Assembly (NCBI GenBank): GCA_964573405.1
Contig: CAZNJK010000003.1
Span: 3,826 to 67,825, forward strand
Origin: an uncultured Christensenella sp.
Lineage (GTDB): Bacteria; Bacillota; Clostridia; Christensenellales; UBA1242
DNA: 64,000 nucleotides
Reading direction: 5' to 3'
Positions 28,558-36,411 of the stretch are shown piece by piece. Numbering within the stretch: the stretch's first letter is position 1; each line of letters starts with the position of its first letter. Made by a program: the position numbers and the translations under genes. The notes below the pieces were generated by a model. The model worked only from the letters and a program-made list of their open reading frames with translations. It did no database searches and was not told the DNA's origin.

Positions 28558-29093
28558 CCCGCATTAAACTCGTTTAGTACCGACTTGAAAAATCTTTGCT
28601 TGTTGTACTGGCTAATTCTAAATTCTTTACTATCTTCCAATTGCTGGTTGTGATTGTATAGATTTTTAAGCCAATATTCGCCACTGAACATCATTTCAAG
28701 TTTTTCCGCATTGAAGCCTTGCAATAACAAATTTTTTGCAAAACACTGCAACGCTTCATTTTTCTTCCTAAAAAATGTTCTAATACTGATGTGCATAAGG
28801 TCCGCAATGTCTTCGTTTTTTGCATTATCAATATAACTCAATGCTAAGATTTGCCTTTGATGAAGGGGCAACATATTTAGCGTGTCGTCTACAATAACTT
28901 TCAAATTAATCAAATTAACTTTTCTCTCAGTTAATTGCATTATCCTATTTGCACAATCATAGCAAGTATTGTATCGACCATTGCTATAAAACGCTGAATT
29001 GATGCTCTTTTTATATACTAAGTCATCAATCGAATTAGATAACGCCTCCAAATATTTATATACAGACAATATTGTTTTACTCCAAGTTTTCAT
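28554..29093 (-). CDS. ArpU/RinA-like (sigma region-4-like) late-gene activator candidate
   Basis: 179 aa. LPLHQRQILALSYIDNAKNEDIADLMHISIRTFFRKKNEAL is a region-4-type HTH. Size and position (upstream of the terminase) match phage late activators. GGGAGG RBS. Confidence 0.55.
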   Translation of the reverse strand: MKTWSKTILSVYKYLEALSNSIDDLVYKKSINSAFYSNGRYNTCYDCANRIMQLTERKVNLINLKVIVDDTLNMLPLHQRQILALSYIDNAKNEDIADLMHISIRTFFRKKNEALQCFAKNLLLQGFNAEKLEMMFSGEYWLKNLYNHNQQLEDSKEFRISQYNKQRFFKSVLNEFNAG

Positions 29094-29119
29094 TCTTCCT
29101 CCCGAATTTGATTTTCTAT

Positions 29120-29149
29120 ATTATAATGTACTATTTTTCCAATTGTCAA
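29120..29149 (-). promoter_or_regulatory. Consensus sigma-A-type promoter of the activator-like gene
   Basis: Minus strand TTGACA (29149-29144) - 18 nt - TATAAT (29125-29120). Confidence 0.6.
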
Positions 29150-29222
29150 AGGCTTGTGTCATATTTTTGTAAAAATTGTTTATTTTTGTACAAATTTGTC
29201 AAATTTTGTCAATTTTTGTCAA
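29143..29222. repeat. Phased TTGTCAA (TTGACAA on minus) direct repeats
   Basis: TTGTCAA at 29143, 29196, 29206 and 29216 (the last three exactly 10 bp apart). TTTGTAAAA/TTTGTACAAA variants lie between them. Confidence 0.6.
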
Positions 29223-29238
29223 AAACACATCTTTTTCT

Positions 29239-29252
29239 AGAACATTTGTTCG
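29239..29252. promoter_or_regulatory. LexA-type box AGAACATTTGTTCG (complement CGAACAAATGTTCT)
   Basis: Matches CGAAC-N4-GTTC. Located in the divergent intergenic region between the activator-like gene and the 876-aa surface protein gene. Confidence 0.55.
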
Positions 29253-29529
29253 ATTATACCCCCTATTTAATGACAACAGTATGTCACAATTTAAAAAAAA
29301 ATTAAAAAAATTAAAAAATCACTAAAACATATCATTGAGAAGCCTTTAAATGGAATATTTAAAAATTTACATTCAAACAATATAACTTTTTTAACTAAAA
29401 ATTAAATTTGATTGTTATTTATTTGTTTTTTTATTTTTAATTTTGATATAATATATTATATTATGTAAATACATATTACAAATAGCCCATTAGCTACATA
29501 AAAAATTTTAAAAGGTGTATTAGTTACTT

Positions 29530-32160
29530 ATGAAGAAATTAAAAACAATTTTTCTTATGCTTGCGATGTCACTTATTCTAGTCTGCCCACTTGCAACTAC
29601 AAGTGCGGAGAGTTATAACACATTCTACCCTAACGGAATTAGTGATTATGTGGACCTTAACGACATTGAAAATTTCGCAGTAGACAACAACAAAATCTTC
29701 TACACAAAGGACAATAAAGAGATTTTTTGTTATGACAAATCCGACAAATCGACAACCAAATTAACATCCGACGTATCTGTTAAAAATCTTGAGATTGCTG
29801 GGGATTACTTATTTGTATTCTCTACAGCCGGAAGAACTTTGGCTTTTAACATTGAGTCTTTAGAGTCGGTGGCTTTTTCTTATGCCCCTTACGGATTTTC
29901 GTCGATAAATGTTAGTTATGTAAACAACAGATATTATTTTGGATATATCACTTCATCGTCTAGTTATAACCATTTTTCAATAAAATCCTACGCCACCCTA
30001 TCTGACACCGCCACTGAAATAAAGTCGAGCGAAGTCTTTAATTCCGATATCTTGGGCTCAAAAATTGTGTTGAGCGACAACCTTGCTATAATAAAGCCTA
30101 CTACCGGCGAAAAGATTTATTTATTTAAAGACTATCAAGACGCAACATCTTCTAGTGACTTAGTTACCCTAAAAAGCAGTTTGGATAAACAATATCACGA
30201 GATTAACGGATTTAATTCAACAACTGAAATTGTAGATATTGCGGTGCTAAATTTTGTAGAATCTTCTTACACCAATTGCATTTTTATAAGTTATAAAGGC
30301 GCTCTTAAGACTCAAGTTTGTAAGTTTAATGGCAGTGCACTAAGTTATGAATCGGAAAATACAATTGTAAGCAACAAGATGACTACATCCAATAACACAC
30401 TTTACATTTATAACAACACCAACGCAAATATAAGCACTTGTAATTACAATGTTGAAAACAACTCATTTACGCTTAGCCAGACAATCCTTGCCGGCAAAGG
30501 TAGTGAACAAGGACGATTTAAAGATGTAAGCAATTTGACTTACAAAAGCGGAACATATTATGTGACCGACAGCGGAAACAACCGCTTACAAATAATTAGC
30601 AACGACAACATAGAGGCAATTAATCTTAACGGAAGCATTAGCGAAGTGGTTGTTGATAGCGACAATAATTACTATTTTGTGCTTTACAACGGGACATCTA
30701 GTAAATTGTATAAAAATGGGAACAAATTACTTCGATCATTTGACGACGAGATTGTAAGCATTGCCATCAATCTTGATGATACAATCTATATGACCACCAC
30801 AAACAAAATCATCACATTCAAAGGTGCGTCCGATTTTTCCACCAAGACATTATCGACCACACTAGATGATGCCAGCAAACTTAGAATAATGAATAACTAC
30901 ACAAATAAGTCCCTTCCTATATCGGGAGTTACGGGTCAATCAACATATCTAGCGAGCAACAAAAAAGCCCTATATTCGATTAATCCTAGCACCGGAAACG
31001 CCACTAAAATGGTGGAATTTGATTATGACATTATGGATTTCAAAATTAACGGGACTATTTCAAACTCCCCTATATTTGCATTACTTAGCAATGGCGATTT
31101 TATAAAGGTATCGCTTTCAGATGTCAACAACATAACCAAATTATCGGGCTTTAATAATTACACTTGCTTTAGTATGGATTATTTGTCGGGCGAAATTCAG
31201 TTGTACAATCAATCAATGTCCGCAATTGAAATATATTCCAATAGTGATTTTAGCGGAAAACACAACTTATCGCACTACAATACAAATATTTATAGCGCTA
31301 CTAGCGGATTTACCGAATTGTGGCAATACACTCAAATCAAGCCAAACTCATTGATATATGATTACTATAATTTTTTGGGCAATTACAAAGAAATGAATCA
31401 ACTAACCAACGCAATAGTTCTTGAAGCACCAGTCGACAAAAACTCGGGACAATTGGGCGAATTTGCGTTTGTAGGATATGTGGACAATAGAGAGTTGAAA
31501 TTCGGATATGTAAAAACAACCGACTTGCAGAATGGAATTACTCCTATGGCTCTAAGTAGCACAACATACAAATTGCGTACCACTCAGAAGAATGTTGCGG
31601 TATATAAGTACCCTACAATATTCTCAGCAAAGAGCGATGGCGAAGAAAAAACTTTTAATATCAACACAATCGCACAGGCATCTATAATTAACACCTACGG
31701 CAAATATTTGCTTTCTATAGACAACTATAATTACTACATTATTAAGATTGGCAATACTTACGGATACATATGTAGTAACGATGTAATTGTAGACGAAACG
31801 GCTTCAAAAAACATCAAAACAAATGCCACAGTCAAGATATTTGACGGAAGTGATAAAGTAGATGTATATTTGACCGATGACGATAATTCGAGCATACTAT
31901 ATAGACTAAGCAATGGGGACAAAATAAATGTAAAGGATTACAATAAGGATAGCAAATACACCAAAATCACTTTTGTTGATAGCGACCAGCAAGAGCGAGA
32001 AGGCTACATTTTGACAACCTATGTAAAATTATCTGGGCTATCGACTGCCGTGATTACAGCCATAATTCTACTTTCACTAGATGTTGTAATTGCCGTTGTT
32101 GTAATAATTTTCTATCGTCACTACAAGAAAAAACAAAAAGAAAAATCCGAAATTAACTAA
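29530..32160 (+). CDS. Large surface protein: signal peptide, beta-propeller (NHL-like) region, two SH3b-like domains, C-terminal TM anchor
   Basis: Signal MKKLKTIFLMLAMSLILVCPLATTSA. YYVTDSGNNRLQII is an NHL-type blade. C-terminal ...GNTYGYICSNDV... and ...REGYILTTYVK... SH3b-like. TM AVITAIILLSLDVVIAVVVIIF, then KKKQKEK. Confidence 0.65.
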   Translation: MKKLKTIFLMLAMSLILVCPLATTSAESYNTFYPNGISDYVDLNDIENFAVDNNKIFYTKDNKEIFCYDKSDKSTTKLTSDVSVKNLEIAGDYLFVFSTAGRTLAFNIESLESVAFSYAPYGFSSINVSYVNNRYYFGYITSSSSYNHFSIKSYATLSDTATEIKSSEVFNSDILGSKIVLSDNLAIIKPTTGEKIYLFKDYQDATSSSDLVTLKSSLDKQYHEINGFNSTTEIVDIAVLNFVESSYTNCIFISYKGALKTQVCKFNGSALSYESENTIVSNKMTTSNNTLYIYNNTNANISTCNYNVENNSFTLSQTILAGKGSEQGRFKDVSNLTYKSGTYYVTDSGNNRLQIISNDNIEAINLNGSISEVVVDSDNNYYFVLYNGTSSKLYKNGNKLLRSFDDEIVSIAINLDDTIYMTTTNKIITFKGASDFSTKTLSTTLDDASKLRIMNNYTNKSLPISGVTGQSTYLASNKKALYSINPSTGNATKMVEFDYDIMDFKINGTISNSPIFALLSNGDFIKVSLSDVNNITKLSGFNNYTCFSMDYLSGEIQLYNQSMSAIEIYSNSDFSGKHNLSHYNTNIYSATSGFTELWQYTQIKPNSLIYDYYNFLGNYKEMNQLTNAIVLEAPVDKNSGQLGEFAFVGYVDNRELKFGYVKTTDLQNGITPMALSSTTYKLRTTQKNVAVYKYPTIFSAKSDGEEKTFNINTIAQASIINTYGKYLLSIDNYNYYIIKIGNTYGYICSNDVIVDETASKNIKTNATVKIFDGSDKVDVYLTDDDNSSILYRLSNGDKINVKDYNKDSKYTKITFVDSDQQEREGYILTTYVKLSGLSTAVITAIILLSLDVVIAVVVIIFYRHYKKKQKEKSEIN

Positions 32161-32286
32161 CCAAGACATTATTAGATAATCTTCAATAAAAAAACATTAT
32201 TAGATAATCTTATTAGATAATAAACAACAAAAAGCATATTATTTTTATACCCAATTATGAAGGGCAATAAATAATATGCTTTTTTC

Positions 32287-32949
32287 TTACATTACTCTAT
32301 CTTCATCAAAATCCTTATGAAAAGCAAGTTGTTGACCTTCTAGTGCCACTTGCGATAGCGAAACTTCGTATGCGATGTGGCTTTCAACTTCGCCATTTTC
32401 CTGCTTCTTTTGGTACTCTCTACTCTGAATTCGGCCATCAACCGACACTTTATCGCCTACTTGCAAATTCTTGACAAATCGAGCATTCCTGCCCCACGCT
32501 ATGCATGGAAGATAATCGCTTTTATTGTAATTTCTATTTACTGCAAGCAATACATCGCAAATCTCACGATTGAACGGAGTTGTTCTATATATGGGCTCTT
32601 TACATATATATCCCGTAATTTTAATTTGATTTGGATTAATATTTTCGTCAAATGGCTTTAGTTCACGCACAAACATCGTTAGCCTCAATTTGCTTTTGCC
32701 GTCTTCCATTTTATTAAAACTTCTAAATTGTCCGCTTGTACTTATTTTCTTGCCTTGGCGGATGTCGTTGTCGAATAGCAATTTTTCGCTTACGGTGACT
32801 GGAATAATATCGTATGCATCGCTTAGTCTTTTAACTTTTAAATTAAATTCATAAAAAGACTCGTTGTATATTTCGTGGCTATATTTCGGACTATCAACCA
32901 CTTCTCCTGATAATTCTACACTATTGTTATTTAATAATTCGTAATTCAT
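32287..32949 (-). CDS. SSB-like protein with two tandem OB-fold-like halves
   Basis: Both halves follow the N.V.L.G.V...P......F.L.V.R......D.I...........G..V...G.....F/Y pattern of OB-fold ssDNA-binding proteins. No acidic SSB tail is seen. AGGAG RBS. Confidence 0.5.
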   Translation of the reverse strand: MNYELLNNNSVELSGEVVDSPKYSHEIYNESFYEFNLKVKRLSDAYDIIPVTVSEKLLFDNDIRQGKKISTSGQFRSFNKMEDGKSKLRLTMFVRELKPFDENINPNQIKITGYICKEPIYRTTPFNREICDVLLAVNRNYNKSDYLPCIAWGRNARFVKNLQVGDKVSVDGRIQSREYQKKQENGEVESHIAYEVSLSQVALEGQQLAFHKDFDEDRVM

Positions 32950-32973
32950 ATATGCTCCTAATTTTGTACTTTT

Positions 32974-33738
32974 TTATTTTTGTCTTTGAATACCTAGATT
33001 GTCTATATAATAATTATCCTTAATAATTAAGTCGCCTACTGACACAAACTTATATCCTTTCGTTGTGAGCCTATTTAGGATAAGTTCTAGTCCGTCAAGT
33101 ATATTGTCGGAGTTGTTGTGACATAAGATTATGTCGCCAGTGCTTACTTTATTTAGCACTCGTGACACCATTTCTCCGCCAGACAGCCCCTTCCAATCAA
33201 GCGTATCTATGCTCCACTGAATGGTTTTTAGTCCCATACTATCGGTCAAATTAAGCATTGTGTTGTTATAACTTCCATAAGGTGCCCTAAACAATCCCAC
33301 TTTTTTACCGGTAATGTTTTCAATTTTTTCTATTGACGTGGTAAGTTCGAGTTTCATCTGCTCTTCGGTTAAGTTGACAAAATCCGGGTGGGTATTCGAA
33401 TGTGTACCAATTTCAATTCCTTGTTCATCGATTGCTCTAACCATATCGGGATACTTATCTACCCAAAATCCGACTAGAAAAAAGGTGGCTTTTGCGTCGT
33501 ATTTTTTAAGCAATTCAAGTATTCCCAGTGTTTTGTCTGCACCCCAAGCGGAATCAAATGTGATTGCAACTTTTTTCTCTGGCTCATCGACACCATATAT
33601 TGGGACTAACCTAGGAACTTGTCCGAAATATACTACTGCACTTGGCGAACCAAATATATTGATAGCAAGCAAAACGCTTATTAAAAGCATTATAACCAAG
33701 TATTTTAATGTTCTTTTTTTCAGTACAAGAAATTTCAT
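32974..33738 (-). CDS. Polysaccharide deacetylase (NodB-type, PdaA/B-like)
   Basis: N-terminal TM, then VAITFDSAWG, TFFLVG, IGTHSNTHP, FRAPYGSYN, LCHN: the NodB motifs. Confidence 0.85.
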   Translation of the reverse strand: MKFLVLKKRTLKYLVIMLLISVLLAINIFGSPSAVVYFGQVPRLVPIYGVDEPEKKVAITFDSAWGADKTLGILELLKKYDAKATFFLVGFWVDKYPDMVRAIDEQGIEIGTHSNTHPDFVNLTEEQMKLELTTSIEKIENITGKKVGLFRAPYGSYNNTMLNLTDSMGLKTIQWSIDTLDWKGLSGGEMVSRVLNKVSTGDIILCHNNSDNILDGLELILNRLTTKGYKFVSVGDLIIKDNYYIDNLGIQRQK

Positions 33739-33884
33739 TTTGTACTCCTTAATTTTATAATTTATTTAGAATTTTCCAAATCAATTTACGATTGTTATTT
33801 TGTATATTTAGTATGTGTTTTGTCGGATTTTTTGATTATTTGTAAGCACGAGAATTGCTTTTTAAAAATACTATGTTTTAATGC

Positions 33885-33918
33885 GAAAAAAAATGACAAC
33901 TTCTATAAAAGTCGTCAT
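33885..33918 (-). terminator. Intrinsic terminator after the topoisomerase A-subunit gene
   Basis: Hairpin atgacaactt / aagtcgtcat with flanking A-run and T-run (bidirectional shape). Confidence 0.7.
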
Positions 33919-33969
33919 TTTTTATAATTACTATGTTTTTAAGCATTCAATATACTGAAGTATGTGCGG

Positions 33970-36411
33970 TTATTCCACCACATATCTATATATTTTTGCA
34001 ATGTTTGTATGTTTCAATTTTTTGCCTTCGTCAGCGCGTTTGCCCATCGATATTGACTTTTTATCAATCTCAACAATTGTCTTATCCTTAAGTTCGGCAA
34101 CATAATTTATATTCTTATTAAATAAATCAACATACAATATTCTACTATCGCCCTTAACCACTTTGAAGCCTTTGCGGTTCCTTATAAGTTCGGGAACTTC
34201 TTCAAACTTCATCATTTTGGCGGTGTCGGACTCGGTGAACAACATAAAGTTGTCATCACTCTTCACTTGCATAGCACTTACTACATAATCACCGTCATTT
34301 AGGCTAATGCTCTTAACCCCGATGCTTGCTCTTCCGCTAGGGCTAATGTCTGACTTATCGGTCACCATTCCCATACCCTCTTTAGTGAATACAGCAAGTT
34401 TTGAATTCGAATCGTTAATCGCTACATATATAAGTTCGTCATCCTTCAATTTTATGGCGGTTATATTTTGTTTGCTAGCAAAGTACTCACTAACTAGCGT
34501 GGTCTTGACCATGCCTTTCTTAGTTACAAATATTAATGTATCGTCCTTATTTTCTTCACCCATCTCCACAATTGCTACGAATTTCTCGTCTGGATGCAAT
34601 GTATTGCAAAGTGCATTAATATAATTACCTTTGTCCTTAAATTTAGTTTGATTTATTTTCTTAACATCTAGTTTTATGCTATTGCCAGTATCAGTAAATC
34701 CATATACCGTCTTCTCGGTATTTGTAATCAAACTTATGCTTGGAATCTCGCCAAGGGTAGGATTAACCGCACTCAAACTCTTTGTCGCAAGGTTGTACGA
34801 TTTTACGCTAACCGACTTAATTGTGTTAAGTGGCGTATATATTACGTGAACATCCTCGCTTGTTGGCACGACATCAACCATTTCAACTTCTTCAATCTCA
34901 TCGTTAGGTGCTTCAAAAGTAGTTTTTCTCTCGTGGCCGTACGCCTTGCCTATTTCCATAGTTTCTTTCTTTACAATGTTAAGTTGCATTTTTTCGCTCT
35001 TTAAAATATTTGTATATCGTTTTATCAAATCTTTCAATCTTGCAAGTTCGGTTTCTAATTTTGTAACTTCCAAGTTCGTAAGTCTTGCTAGACGCATATC
35101 TAGTATGGCTTGGGCTTGCACATCGGTCAAAGTGAATGTTTGCATCAAATTAATTTTTGCGTCAGTTGTGTTTTTTGATGTTTTTATAATCCTTACAACT
35201 TCATCGATATTCTTAATTGCAACAAGCAAACCTTCTAAGATGTGCTCTTTTTTCAAAGCGACTTCCAAATCAAACTTTGTGCGATTGTAGATTACTGACT
35301 GCTGATAATTAACATAATATTCTAGAATTTCTCGCAATGACAGTAATTTTGGCTTGCCTTCAGCAATTGCAACCATATTTACATTAAAATTACACTCCAA
35401 ATCGGTGCTTTTGTATAGTTGGGCAAGAATTGAATTAACTTTTGCGTCCTTTTTCAACTTAATTACCGCTCTCATTCCCGCTCTATCCGACTCGTCCACT
35501 ATTTCGCTGATATAACTTAGCGGGCCTGTTGGGTCGGCTTCTTTTAACTTCGCAATCCTTTGCAAAAGTTGTGATTTATTTACTTGATATGGAATTTCAG
35601 TAATTACAATATTCTTCTTTCCGCTATCCGATGTTTCGATGTGTAGTTTTGCTCGTAGCACCAATTTCCCTTTACCGGTTTCGTACGCTTTTTTGATTTC
35701 GCTACCTTCTAGAATATATCCGCCAGTAGGGAAATCTGGACCGGGCATTATTTTAAGCATTTCATCAAGTGTCATACCTCTATTTTCGATGTACGCACCC
35801 ACTAAGGCACATACTTCGCTTAGGTTGTGGGTTGGAATATTTGTTGCAAGTCCTACTGCAATACCGCTTCCGCCATTTACAAGCAAATTTGGGAATCGCC
35901 CCGGCAACATATCGGGTTCTTTACAACTATCATCAAAGTTATAACTCCAACTAACCGTATTTTTCTCGATATCTCTAAGCATTTCCATTGCAATAGGGGC
36001 TAGTTTTGCTTCGGTATAACGCATTGCGGCGGCACTATCGCCATCCACACTTCCAAAGTTCCCATGACCAGTGACTAGCACTTCGCCCATATTGAAGTCT
36101 TGTGCCATTCGGACCATTGTATCATATATACTGCGGTCGCCATGTGGGTGGTATTTTCCCATACAGTCACCAACTATGCGGGCGCTCTTTCTAAAAGGTC
36201 TATCGGGCAAAACCCCCACTTCCAACATACTATATAGCACTCGGCGTTGAACGGGCTTTAGCCCGTCTTCCACCCTAGGCAATGCTCTATCCATAATTAC
36301 AAATTCGCTATATGGAAGCATACTCTCGCTCATTACTTCTTCTAGAGCTTTTGTCAAAATGCTTTCTGATGAAAATTCGCTACTATTTTGTTCCGTCTTC
36401 TTTCTTGCCAT
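33970..36411 (-). CDS. Type IIA topoisomerase subunit A (GyrA/ParC family)
   Basis: DGLKPVQRRVLY, HPHGD.SIYDTMVRMAQDF, GNFGS.DGDSAAAMRYTEAKL. I could not find a GyrA-box (QRRGGKG) in the C-terminal domain. Start is coupled to the upstream stop (TAATG). Confidence 0.85.
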   Translation of the reverse strand: MARKKTEQNSSEFSSESILTKALEEVMSESMLPYSEFVIMDRALPRVEDGLKPVQRRVLYSMLEVGVLPDRPFRKSARIVGDCMGKYHPHGDRSIYDTMVRMAQDFNMGEVLVTGHGNFGSVDGDSAAAMRYTEAKLAPIAMEMLRDIEKNTVSWSYNFDDSCKEPDMLPGRFPNLLVNGGSGIAVGLATNIPTHNLSEVCALVGAYIENRGMTLDEMLKIMPGPDFPTGGYILEGSEIKKAYETGKGKLVLRAKLHIETSDSGKKNIVITEIPYQVNKSQLLQRIAKLKEADPTGPLSYISEIVDESDRAGMRAVIKLKKDAKVNSILAQLYKSTDLECNFNVNMVAIAEGKPKLLSLREILEYYVNYQQSVIYNRTKFDLEVALKKEHILEGLLVAIKNIDEVVRIIKTSKNTTDAKINLMQTFTLTDVQAQAILDMRLARLTNLEVTKLETELARLKDLIKRYTNILKSEKMQLNIVKKETMEIGKAYGHERKTTFEAPNDEIEEVEMVDVVPTSEDVHVIYTPLNTIKSVSVKSYNLATKSLSAVNPTLGEIPSISLITNTEKTVYGFTDTGNSIKLDVKKINQTKFKDKGNYINALCNTLHPDEKFVAIVEMGEENKDDTLIFVTKKGMVKTTLVSEYFASKQNITAIKLKDDELIYVAINDSNSKLAVFTKEGMGMVTDKSDISPSGRASIGVKSISLNDGDYVVSAMQVKSDDNFMLFTESDTAKMMKFEEVPELIRNRKGFKVVKGDSRILYVDLFNKNINYVAELKDKTIVEIDKKSISMGKRADEGKKLKHTNIAKIYRYVVE

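Larger units (their letters stand above)
16698..29252 (-). mobile_element. Phage-derived cluster: late-activator-like gene plus an 11-kb head/packaging/holin operon. No integrase, replication, tape-measure or lysin genes seen.
   Basis: See the individual CDS entries. Genes are tightly overlapping, with a single terminal terminator (~16700-16730). The flanking genes are core genes. Confidence 0.7.

Noticed and set aside
29072-29305. 77-aa plus-strand ORF in the activator upstream region.
   Set aside because: It has a TTG start and no RBS. It runs through the promoter, the TTGTCAA repeats and the LexA-type box, and is Phe/Leu/Cys-rich as expected from translating AT-rich regulatory DNA.
16626-29530. 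Direct repeats as att sites flanking the phage-like cluster (e.g. TTGTTATTTAAT near 16630 versus TTGTTATTTATT near 29420).
   Set aside because: The matches are short, imperfect and in very AT-rich DNA, so they are indistinguishable from chance by eye. There is no integrase to use them. A proper repeat search on the sequence is needed.
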